From NCBI RefSeq assembly GCF_009914755.1, contig NC_060929.1: 64,000 bases of DNA. The stretch is one strand, 5' to 3'. Shown piece by piece: positions 1 through 12,891 of this stretch; within the stretch, counting starts at the first letter, position 1; the number at the start of each line of letters is the position of its first letter. The translations under genes were made by a program, and so were the position numbers. Origin of the DNA: the human T2T-CHM13v2.0 reference genome, Homo sapiens. The notes beneath the pieces are model-generated. The model was not told the DNA's origin and ran no database searches. It saw only the letters and a program-made list of their open reading frames with translations.

Positions 1-479
1 CTCAGCTAAGTGGACACGACCGCATTCAGGGACACCCCAGCTAGGTAGGCACGACTGCATTCAGGGCTAAATGGCTACAACCATTAGCAGCTCTTCAACT
101 AACTCTTCTTACCTTGGCAATTTAAAAACCCAGGACTTTCAAAGAAGTACAGATGCTTCCTTTCCCAGGGAAGAAAGGGGAATGGTAAGTCAAGAATGAG
201 AGGAAGACTGAGGAAAAAAGGACAGAGTAAGGCTGAGTTTAGGGACCAAGAATGCCTGAGCTTTTTTCAGGAACAGGTTGTGGGGCACTGGGGAGAGAGG
301 AAGAAAGGAGCTGCGCTTCAGGATGCCACAGACCTTGGGCCTGAGTCCCTGGACGAACTCTTAGTAGCTCTAAGACTTTGATCAAACTATTTAAGCTCTC
401 TGAAGGCCAGTTTTCTTGTTAAAAATGGGGCTGGACTACTCTAGGAAAATGTGGCCAGATTGCTTTTTAAAGCAGCTCT

Positions 480-690
480 ATGATCCTGTTCCTCCTCACC
501 GGGTGTGACCTCCCAACCGGGGTCTCCAGCTACCCCAACGCTGGCGCTTTCTGACTGACAGAGGTTTCAAACCTCCCTGGGATGCAGCTCCCAGAGGGAT
601 GGGCAGGCCGCCATCTTTGCTGTTTTGCAACTTGACTGTTGATACCTGCAGGTACTGGAAAATCTGAGATGATTAGGGACTTCATGGCTT
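480..690. mobile_element. Old primate L1 5'UTR fragment
   Basis: ctccctgggatgcagctcccagagggatgggcaggccgccatctttgctgttttgca is typical of L1P 5' regions. Confidence 0.55.
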
Positions 691-832
691 CTTTAAAGAT
701 CCTGCCCAGACCTGTGGCTTATTGTCCTGTTTTTCAATCTACCTCCTATTTCTCCACAAAGTCTTAACAAATTCAGTATTTTAGAATTAGTGCACGAAGG
801 CCTCCATGTAATGCTCTTTATTAATTTTATGT

Positions 833-1078
833 ATATTCATCCCTCAGTATATGCAGAGGATTCATTCCAGGGCCCCCGTCCATAACAAAATCTATGCACA
901 CTCAAGTCCCACAGTCAGTCCTGAGGAACCAGGTATGGGAAAAGTTGGCCCTCCATACATGTAGGATTTGCATTCTGCAAATACTACATTTTCAACTTGT
1001 ATTTACTTGAAAAAAAAAAAACCTGTGTATAATTGGACCCCCTGAAGTTCAAACCTGTGTTGTTCAAGGGCCATACTG
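833..1078. mobile_element. MER8-like Tigger-family MITE
   Basis: ccctcagtatatgcagaggattcattccagg...aagttcaaacctgtgttgttcaagggccatactg resembles the recalled MER8 consensus. Confidence 0.7.
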
Positions 1079-2436
1079 TAGTTATTAATAATGTAGAATC
1101 ACTCAATCAAGAGTTGTCACTAGGTGCACTATTCTAAGTACTCTAGATGTAATTCAATCCCCTCAAGAGATCGATGAGGTAGGTACTACTGTTATCCCTC
1201 TATTATAAGAAAGGAAACTGAGGCACTGTAAGACAACTAAATAAATGCCCAAGGTTACAGTTCTAGAAAGTGCTTTAAATGGAACCTGAACTCAGAGAGT
1301 CTTGCTCCAGACTTGCACTTTTAACCCTTTATGCAATAGTGTCTCTCAGAATATAAAGAAAAAATTCTCCATATTTCCCGCAACAGTTTTAGCACTTGAC
1401 TAAATTTTCTCATTACTATGTCTTCTCTAAATGTCCTAGAACAGGAACAGGAATGGATCCCAAACATGGTCGAGGAGATCTTCCACCCTGTTTAAGAGAT
1501 GATTTCCATGGAGAATGAGCCTGGAGGAATGCTGGGTGAGGAATCACATTCTGTCTCTGCAGTCAGAGGCTGAGACTGATCAATGAGCTAATGAAGAGGT
1601 TAGTCAGTCTTCCAGCCCGTAGAATCAATTCAAGGAAAAGAGAGCAAGCTCATCCTGAGGGACTCTGCCATTGGTTACTCCTGTCCCGTATCCTGTCACC
1701 AATGACTATCGATTCATTTGTTCTTATAGTTATCTGTGACACCATTTAAGCACAGAGAATTGCTAATTGTTTTAGAAAACTTTCTGGGTTAAATTTCTCT
1801 TCATGTGGAGAATATTCCCTCTTCAGGCCACCTTAAAGTTCTTAAACTTTGTATTATTACATATCAGTTTGAGAAATAGGATATGAAGAGCTTATTGATT
1901 TAGAAATGTCAGGGCTTTTGCTTCTGTCTAAAGCCTTACTAAGAAGAATCACCAGTTAAGAAGATCAATATAAAGACGAACTCACTAAAAAGCATCCTGA
2001 TCTAGTTGAATAAGCTAACATCCTGCTACTGCAGCTCCTTGATTTCAATGAAGTCACTGATTCTCCCTTGGTGACTCGCTCACTGCCAAGCCCAGGGGAT
2101 GTTCTGGAGTGAGACCATTAGGTGGGAGGATGACTCAGTCAGATGCAGTTCCTCCACACTCCCACAGCACTCCAGGAGTCATGCAGAGGAGTGGAAAGAC
2201 AGGTTTCTTGCCTAGATGACCTTACATTCTTATTGTTCTGGAGAAAAGATTGCAAAAGCAAATAATAATCAGATTGTGAGCAGGTAAACATACCAACTAT
2301 GCAAAACACAAGGAGACGTATGACTCGGTCAGAAATCCAATACAAATTGAGGACAAGCATTTCTCAAATAATAATAAGATATGGTCTCTAAAAGGAAAAG
2401 ATTTTCTATTCTCTTTTTATAAAGTAAACACTTTCA

Positions 2437-2820
<384 letters not shown>

Positions 2821-3308
2821 TCAGAAAAGTCCAAAAACGAAAATAAAGCTCACCAGGGGCCCATCACCTGGCAATAACATCTTGTAGACAGTATATCCTT
2901 CCAGACTGGTTTTAAGAAACACATTTTTTTTTTGGCTTTGCTTTATAACAGTCTCACTATATAGGCATTGTCTTACCTGTTTCTTTCATTTCACAGTATA
3001 TTATGAACAAGTCCTAACCTAAACTGGGTCTGTAAATTATTACAGTGTAAACAAATCCTAACAGAGGTAAACATACTTTTCTACAGGAAAAAAACCATTC
3101 AAATAATAGAATTCATGTATCTAGGTCTTCTCCACCAATCCTTAATTAATAAACCCACAGTTCCTGAAGAAGCCCAGAAGTGCAATATTAAAACGGAAAA
3201 TAACTTTACAGGTGGTTGAGCCCATATTTCTTCTCTAAATGTGTCTAGCCATCATTTAACCCCATCTCATTCCTGGGGTACTGGGAACACCTTCCCCCTT
3301 TACATATG

Positions 3309-3686
3309 TGTCTTGGTTCATTCCTGCTGCTATAATGAAATATCTTAGACTGAATAATTTAGAAACGATAGGCTTTTATGTCTTGCAGTTCTAGAAGCTG
3401 GGAAGTCCAAGATCAAGGCACAGATTTGGTGTCGGTGAGGGCTGCCCTCTGCTTCCAAGATGGTGCCTTGCTGCTGTGTTCTCACATGGCAAAGGGCAGA
3501 CGGGCAAAGGGGGGGAGAGGTGAATGAGCTCCCCCAAAACATCTTTTATAAGGGCACTAGTCCTATGCCTTAGGGCTCTACCCTCATGATTTAATCACTG
3601 TCTAAAGGCCCCACTTCTTAATACTCTCACACTGGTGATTAAATTTCAACACATGAATTTTGGGGAACACATTCAGACCATAGCAG
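3309..3686 (-). mobile_element. MaLR solo LTR (MLT1A-like)
   Basis: gctgggaagtccaagatcaaggca...acattcagaccatagca. Confidence 0.75.
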
Positions 3687-3900
3687 TATGTGTCTATCCA
3701 ACTGCTCCCTATCAAGGGATTGGACAGAGGAGGGATGCCCAACTGCCCCTATTCAGGTCCCTTACGGTGGCATTTGGTCCAGACTGGCTCTACTCCCCAC
3801 TCCATGGAGCCTGCTCTGGCTAAAGTCAACAAAAGCCTTCATGTTGCCAGAGTCAGCGACACATACCTGTCCCTTCCTAATGATCGATGCTAAGAGATAG

Positions 3901-4246
<346 letters not shown>

Positions 4247-7200
4247 CTCTTATTGTTCTTACCTTATACTCCATTCAATTATTCTATACTCCATTCAGTA
4301 AATCTATGAGATAGGTACGATTATCATTATCCTCATCTTTCAGATTAAGAAATCAAGTCAGAAGATAAATAACTTACCTTAGTTCATATAGCTAGTATAT
4401 TGGAGGAGCAAGGATTTTCAACCATGGTCCAATTTTCAACTATGGTCCAATTTCAGAGCCTATACTACTAACCACAATTCGAGACTGCCTTTCCAATCTC
4501 CTGGCAGTAGTAGAGCCTGTTCTACAACCAAAATGTATTTCAAATCCACCCACCTCTTTCCACTCCATGGGAACCTCTCTAACCCAAGCTAGCATCAACT
4601 CTTGCCTAGATACAAAATAACCTTACCTGGCTTCCCTTGCTTTCCTCTAATCCATTCTCTGTACTGTAGCCAAAATGATTTTTTAAACATACAAATCAGA
4701 TCACTTCCCCTCCCTAATCCCACTCCCTACATCTAAAACCCTTCATTGGGATTTCATGTCATGTAGAATACAATAAGAAATCCTTTTCATGTCCATAAAG
4801 GCCCAGGCAGTTCCCATGGCTGCCTTACTCTACGAGTTCATCTTATTCTACTCTGTCTTTCTCATAAAACTCTAAGCAACACCAGCCTTCTAAAAGTTCC
4901 TAGAACATCCTAGTCTCTTCCTTGCCTCAGGATCTTTGCAACTCCTGTTTCCATGTCTAGACTACTTTTCCTGGATCCTAGCATGACCAGCTGCTCCAGG
5001 AAAAGAAATAGCTTTTCCTCAGGTCCTCTCTGATAACTTTTTTTTTTTTTTTTTGAGAGTCTCGCACTGTCGCTTAGGCTGGAGTGCAGTGGCGCCAACT
5101 CAGCTCACTGCAACCTCCGCCTCCCAGATTAACCCTTCTTAAATCTCTCTCCTATCACACTCCTTGTTTTCTTCTGAGCACTTGCTACAAGGAGTAGTTA
5201 CTTTACTTGTTTAGTACCTGTCCTGAGACAGAAACATAAGGTCTTTGAAGGCCTCACTCACTACTTTACCCCCAGTATTAAAGACATCCATACCTGGTAC
5301 GGGGTAGTTGCTCAATGGGACAGAGTCAGAAGACCTAAGTTCTAGTCTGGGCTCTGCCACAAAAAATTCTTCAAGTGACTCTAGCATATCACTTAATCTT
5401 GGCAAATCTTTCTTTCCCATGTGTTAAATGGGATAATGTTTTTTCTATCCCACAGTGCAACTGTGAAAGTCTTATGATGTAATGTATGTGAAAGTCATGG
5501 GGAAAAAGACAACTTTGGTATGCAAATGTCAGGTATGAGGACCTCCACAAGAGGAATGGTTTCTTGGGAAAACTGAGAAAGAGTCAATGTGTTATAAGTT
5601 GGTTTTATTTTTCTAAAACAGTACATTCATTATTCCCTTCATTCTGACATTCTAATCATTATTGGTTTTTCACTACTTGACAGCATTCTTTTTTGTTAAT
5701 ATCTGGAGTATAAATTGTCCCTAAAGTTTCAGAATTATGTAGACAAACACCTGTCTTGGATTTTGAGAGACAGGAAGAAATGTAGTTAATCTTTAGAGTT
5801 TTTTCCCCAGTATGCTCGATATTTTTCAAAAGATTAATAACCAAAAAAGTTATTTAAAAGACAGCCAAGAGCACGTGCAATCAGTTTCATGCAGTTATGA
5901 TTGGCTAAACGCGGTCTGTAAGTATGTGTTGCAAAAGCTATAAGCTTTTCCTGTAAGTTCATTATCTTTTATGGGCAATTCTCCAGGTATTGCAAAAATG
6001 CAATGACTTGTTCTTGCATCCCTGTTTGGTGAAGCCATCCCTAAGGACCACGGAACCCACAAAGCAGTACTGAAGATTCTGCAGCAATGTGAATACACAA
6101 ACACACCCTCACCCAGGGCCTTTGCCAGTCCTCTGTCATTCAGATCACACATCAGTGAGACTGGCTCAGCTCAGTGAATTGAGATGCCCTCAACTAAAGG
6201 AGCTCTGTTTGATGTTCCTGTGGAATGTATGACAATTGACAGCTTTCTCTCTAGGCCTGCAATTATGAACGTCATCATCTTCCCTGAATAAAGGACTACT
6301 TTACCTGCAAGATTTGGAGAATAGAGACCTAAAGGAAAACACTGAGCATGAAAATAATTCTATCAACCACCTCTATAGATTATAATTCTTCTAGCTAGAA
6401 ACTTTACTGGAGCCTCTCACATTTGGGCAGAAATAAAGGACCTGTAAGATTACATGGGAAATGAGTAACCCACATCAGGATGTACATACCCACGCATAGA
6501 CCTCTCAAGGTCATTGGAAATCTGGGCTGTAGCAATGTAACAACAACAACAACAACAAAAAGAAGCGCAGAATTCAGCCCATGGTCACACCAATTGGGAA
6601 ACAGTAGACTTGATTCTGGGCTTTATTTCATCTGGTCCACAGGGCAAATATCAAAAGCTGACTGTGTGTGTATCTAGCTGGGCAAAGATACATGGCTAAA
6701 GTCTTTAGCAGGAAGTGTAAAGGGCCACATACAATGAAACTGAATGAAAAGTTTTTGTTTTGTAATAGATTGTGACCCTCAAAAGGGAGTAAAACATTAA
6801 CAGTTTTTCTCTAAAGAAAATTCTAAAAAATATCAGAAGATGGTGAATTTCAAAAATACTTATGCCTTCAAATTTCAGTTTGATGAAAAAGCTCACATGA
6901 AACGTTTGCTTCTTTTTAGATATAAAGGATTATGAAAAAGGGGTGAATGAATGCATTACATCTTTGCCTCTCAAGCTTTATCAAAGAGGTTTCATTCCTT
7001 CTTGGGATCCCCGTCTTCTCTGCCCTTCTCACTTAGCTTGACACAACATAAAGCCAAACTACATTTTATGTTTCATGTTCTAAGTTAAAAATATGGGTTG
7101 AGAATATTTTGGCTTCTTTTTCTATAAAGTAGAAAAACTGAATTGAAAAACATGTCTATTTTTGAAAATGTGTATCTATTGCACTAGAAAGAAAATAACT

Positions 7201-9969
7201 TTCTCCACCTAATATCTACATGGTATGCTTTTTTTTCCCCCTCAGAAATTTTTGGAAGCATTTATTTTGGTATTATATGGCTAACTCCATATTTTTCAAC
7301 TGGCCAAAATTAATTCCTCAAAGATTCCATGGCTAGCTGAAGAGGTATGGGTAACTGATTTCTAAATGTGCATTTAAAGTAGAATCTCCATGTCCATCGC
7401 AGAGGCAGCACAGGGATAAACAGACATGAATCAAGGGTATTGATGTCAGAAATGGCTTGAGGCCAGACCACACTCTTCATGAATGGATTAGACACCCTGA
7501 GTTTAAAATCATCACCCTGAAAACCCTGAGTTTTAAGTCATGAGAAGAGCTTGCTTGTTTGTTTTCTGGGTTCTTCCAATGTGGTGGGGAGCTCAGCTGG
7601 AGACTTCAACATGCTTCTGCACTTCCACTGAAAAACAGGATTGGCAGCTCTTGGCATGACTTCACCATTTAGCTAAGATCTGTGTGTTTCTTGGCTTAAA
7701 ATGTACATATTGCTCTCAGATCTTGTGTGCATATTAGACACAATAAAATTAAGACTCAGGAATTCAAAAATTAAGTTAAAAGGATGGAAGAAATAAAAAT
7801 CTGCAGTGCTTGGGAAAATTCCGCCACAATAGGAATTTCAAAAGCAGAGATTTCAACCTACCAAAAGTCAAATCTAGAAATGATTCCAGAAAGCTCTCCA
7901 ACAGCCATCTCCTACAAGGATCCCTTCTAGCCGTAGTTTTAATTAAGTTAACAGGTCTTTCTCAATACGTAGGTTTTATTTCAGGTTAATAAAAAGTAAA
8001 AAGATTGTTTAGTTTACTAAGTGTCTAAGCCAACTTATATGTCAACTGTATACAAAGCAAAAGCAAAAACCAGACTCTTCAGATTTTCCAACAGATTATG
8101 ATGTTAAAACAGTATGGTCTGGTGCCAGCATAAAAAGAGATCTGTGGGATAAAATCCAGAAACAGATCCATAGGTAAGGGTTTTACATATGGCTCTGGTA
8201 GAGAGCCAGTTGCCTTCCAACATCCATCCTCTCTTCTTTACTAAGAGAACCCTATATTGTTGGTGGTAGAAACATGTCTCTTGAAAAGACTTTCCTCTAA
8301 CTTCTATTGTAGAGGAATAAAATATAATGTGGGATTTTGGGAAAGTTTTCCTATAGGAGCCTGATTCAGGTAGGAGGTACGCCATTTTGTTCTTTCTTTT
8401 CTTCTTCTTCCACTTTTCTGCCTGGAACTCCAATATGATGGCTAGAATTGTTGCACCCACCTTGAGACCATGAGGAACAGACCAAGAGAATATCAGAGAC
8501 CTCAGCCCCCGTATCCTCAAGCCACTGAACCACCACTAGCAAACACCCACTTTGAATTCCTGTTACATGAGAAAAGTAAGCCCTTATATGTTTAAGCAAC
8601 GTGCACTTTGAAAGATGACCGTAGGAAAAGGAAATGCTTAACCAACATATACATACGCATGTCCAGGAGCCAAATTAAATTTAAACCAGATTAAAGTGGC
8701 TACTTATACAACAGTACATTCCTATATATAGCCAAGTGCAAAATAATGTGTCTTAAATGATGCTGAACTTCTCATCCATCTATATTTAGAGGCAGATGGA
8801 GGCTTTAGGTAAATATCTGAAGGAAAGCAGATGCCAAGATTTACCAAATTAACTCTGATGTTGGCAAGAACTGTGCAGTCTGCTCGCCACGCCTCAGTTA
8901 AGCACTCTTCAGCTGATGGCAAACTTCCTCTGTGTATGGTTTCTAGTCACAGGCAGGGTACAGGTCACATAATCCCTGAAGGTCACCTCGCAGGTGGGCT
9001 GTCTTCTTGAGAGCTTGTTATGTAACAGGGGACTTTGGAACCAGCTTTTCAACAAATAGCTATCAGTACCATGTAGATATCAACCCAACAAGTACCATGT
9101 TGAATAGTTCTGAGCCACCGCCTGAATGTGCCCCTTTTCCCTCCCCTTGCTGCCTGACCCCATTCCTCTTCTTTCTGCCCCACACTGGACCCCCTCCATG
9201 TTACCTTCCTGCTTTACTTCTGTGTACATCATACAGGTTTAGAATTTAAAGCCAATGGTTCTGAACTGAAGTCCTGAGTCTGCTGCTAATAATGTCATTA
9301 ATCTAGTAGCCTTCTGCCTCCTCATCTGTGAAAGAGGAACAAGGGCACTGACTCAAACGGTTACTGCGATGACTAAATGAGCTAATGCACTGGGCACATT
9401 TTGGCAGGAAAACCAGCCTGGCACAGGGCTGGATGATGGTAAGGGATCAAAAGCATTTGAAGCAGCCCAGTGTCATTGACCAGTGGCCATTCTGTAAACA
9501 AGGACTGGGCTTCAGCTTCAGCGTGCTGCATGCACTCCCGCACCCAGACACCATCTCCAAAGGCAACAGCCACGGATTTCTGCGGGGTAGACTGGTACAG
9601 AAACCACATCAAAGGCCTCCACGCTTCTCATGGTGAAGGAAGAATCAGACAAGGGCCCACTTGTACTATTTTTACAATTTTTCTTCAGGTTTGACATTTT
9701 TTCAAAATAAAAAATTGATTTTTTAAAAAAAGAATCATAGGGATAATGGGGAGAGGGCAGAATGAAAGAGCTCTAAGTCTCTGCCCCATATTAGGATTCA
9801 GGCAACACAGTTTTAGTAGCACAGTTTTGAATATTTTTTAGGTCTAGTGTCATTGCTGTCTTCTTGCTATAACCTATACTTTCCAAGTATTACCTGGTTC
9901 ACTTCTTTGTTATAAAAATAACTTTTCTTGTTTCTTATTTATGAATTAGTTGATGAACATATTCTTTTT

Positions 9970-10480
9970 TTCTATTATGGTGGTGAAATATACATAACAT
10001 TTACCACTTTAATCAATTTTAAGTGTACAGTTCAGTGGCATTAATTACATTCATATTGTAGTGCAACCATCACCACAATCCATCCACAGAACACGGTCAT
10101 TTTCCAACTGAAACTCTATACAAATTAAACACTAACCCCACAATATCCTGCTTCTGGGCCCTGCCAACCACCATTCTACTTTCTGTTTCTACAAATTTGT
10201 TTACTCTAGGCCTCTATATCATAGGAATCATACAATATTTGTCCAATATTTGACTGGCCTATTTTACTTAACATGTCTTCGAGGTTCATCCATGTTGTAG
10301 TGTGTGTCAAAATTTCTTCCCTTTTTAAGACTAAATAATATTCCATTGTATGTATACATTACATTTTGGTCATCCATTCATCTGTCAGTAGATATTTGCT
10401 TTGCTTCCACCCTTTCAGCTATTGCGAATAATTCTGCTATGAACAAGGGTGTACAAACACCTGTTTGAATTCCTGCCTTC
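9970..10480 (-). mobile_element. L1M 3' end fragment
   Basis: aagtgtacagttcagtggcatta...ccaccattctactttctgtttct...ttcatccatgttgtag. Confidence 0.8.
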
Positions 10481-11620
10481 ACTCGTTCAAGAATATCCCC
10501 TATATAAACCTTATATTCTTAGATATCCAGTTTCTATCCTGGTTGCCCATCCATCCCACAAACATTTACTGTGTGCCTACCATGTGCTAGGGAGGCACTG
10601 TGTTAGATTCTGGAGAGATACAACTAGAAACTCTACTGCCTGGAGGAATGCAGAGAGAAATAAACAGTGAGGTCCTAAGTGACTGATAACACAATTCAAG
10701 AAATCCCAGTTATTTTGTCACATTTGAATTTCTTTTCTATAGAAATTTTCCAGAAAAGACAGGTCACTAGCTAGCATTTGGAAATGTTTTTTTTTTACAT
10801 TCAGGGATTTTCTTGCCATGATGTTGAATGGATGTTCAATTCAATGAATGATGTTCAATTCAATGTTCAACATCAGTTGAAATGATGTTCTTCCTTTCTG
10901 AGGATCTCTTCTCCAGTTCTGCATCCCATCTTTCAGCTCTACAATCATTCCATTAATGTTTTTTTCACATTGTAACTCTGCAACCTAATTAGTGTCTACC
11001 TTGTGTATCATTCCATTTCTTTCTCCTGACACATCTGCCATTATGTCTCTCTGAATTTGCCAACCTCAGAAGAGGGCAGGAGGGTTGCTGGAAAGGCTAA
11101 AGGAAGAAGGAACCTGGTAGAAGGTGATGGCTGGGCAGAGTGAGCTCCTCCTTGTTCCACTGAGGTAGAATGTGGGGGTGTAGAGAAAGGACACAGCACA
11201 AATATTGCAAATATGCTGCAGTGACACAGAGAGCAGGAGAAGGAAGAAAAAAAGGAGCCTTGGCAACCACAGGAACTCCGCTAGGTGTTGTTCCTTCTGG
11301 TCCTGGGCCGAACTGTCCCCCCTCTGCTTCAATCTGAAGGAGCTGCTCTCTCGTGGACTGTCCAGATCTTGTAGATGACCATGAGAAATGTCAGGGCTTG
11401 CAGACTCTTTGGAAACAGGTCTAACCTACCCAAGAGCAGACAGGCTGACTGGACAAGCCCGGGCACAGCCAAGAAGCAATTCTCCAAAGGGTCATCCTTG
11501 CCAGTTTTCTCCTTAACTAGATTAGAAACCAGAAAACCCAGAAAACCAACAAGAGAAGACGGGGTTGCACAGGGGAGGGAAATGAAAAGCAATAAAAGAG
11601 CTAGAAGCACAGAGGATTCC

Positions 11621-12144
11621 TGGGGAAGGAGTTAAAAATAGGCCACTCCAAAATACGCCACTCTGATATTGACTTTTGAGTTAACGGCACTTGCAAAATA
11701 GCAGGTACAAGACCATTCTGCCCTTCGTGCCGTTTCTTAGATGCAGGAGATGAAATCCTTAAGTGAAATGAGAAAGTTGACGGACAGTCTACTTAACAGT
11801 CTTATCAAGGACAGAAAGCTGTGGCTGAGAAAAATTTGTACAAACTTTGTTACACAACCCTTATCTTCCTAGCTGCTTCTCCCAGTTAACTACCCTAGCC
11901 CAGGCCTCTTTTTGCCTTGCTACATTTTTATAATTTCCTACTTTCTCCAATCCACTATATAAGTGTTCAATTCTCACTGCATCTCTGGGGCTTCATTTCC
12001 TTATGAGGGCTCCCCTGTCACATAAAACTTATATTAAATAAATTTGTGTGCTTGTCTCCTGTTGATATTTCTTAAGTCAATTTAATTCTCAGGCCCAACT
12101 GAAAAACTGTAGGAGTGCAGAGGTAAATTTTTGCCTTCCCTACA
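11621..12144 (+). mobile_element. ERV1-class solo LTR (MER34/MER39-like)
   Basis: TG...CA ends, tatataag near 11956, aataaa near 12037, ends gccttccctaca. Confidence 0.65.
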
Positions 12145-12750
12145 ACAGAGATTTACTTGAGACTACAAAGAACTTTATTATCACCAGGTGTTTTTTCCAT
12201 TTTATTTATTTATTATTGATTTGCTTACTATGGCAAGGGAGCACATGGCATCAAAAGAGGTTTGGAAGCATTTTGGAGCATCTTGGAGGAGGAGAGTGGC
12301 TGGATTTTATTGAGATGTTGAGGTTTGGTTTAAGGCTGGAATTTCACTGTGGGTGGGGTTTTGGGGGAGGCTTGACTTGGATTAGTTAAGGATAATGATA
12401 CAACAGTTTAGGACTCCAGGTACTTTTTCATGCTCTAGAAACCACAGCTAAAAGCATTCCTACCACAAAGTTGTTCTGCCTTTTGCCTTTAAAAACAATT
12501 TTCTGCAATTATATTACCTAATTGTACTCCTCTAAGAATCATGTATGAGCAACATTTTAGGGTTTTTTTTTTAAATTAAATAACCTGAATCTCTTGGTTA
12601 AATCTAGACTTTAGCACAAAACTCTTAGGTTTTAGAGCTTGGGGGAGGTAGGTAAAGCAGAGAGAAATTACAAGGCACAATTTTTTGCTTCCTATTATTC
12701 TGAAGCTTCTGAATTCATCTTAATCTGACTATAAATAAACTGAAACTTAC

Positions 12751-12891
12751 CTTTGTGTCACCTCCAAAGAAAACCCCAGGCTGATGGTATAAACAGCGTA
12801 GGGAAAGGAACATCACCGTCAGTTACTGAGGAGGTGCTACAGATGGCTGTACTGGGACAGTGACCGAGGATGTAGTTCTAGAACATGGGCC
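12751..12891 (-). other. GCNT4: GCNT4 non-coding exon 3 (141 bp), last leader exon before the single coding exon outside the window
   Basis: Acceptor tttctctttatag|GG and consensus donor AAG|gtaagt; ends GACACAAAG, which I recall immediately preceding the GCNT4 start; ANKRD31-GCNT4 tandem gene order fits. Confidence 0.8.

Noticed and set aside
3-66. Two ~30-bp imperfect direct repeats at the window edge, superficially CRISPR-like
   Set aside because: Eukaryotic context, only two visible copies, no unique spacers; probably a minisatellite or LTR-internal repeat cut by the window edge
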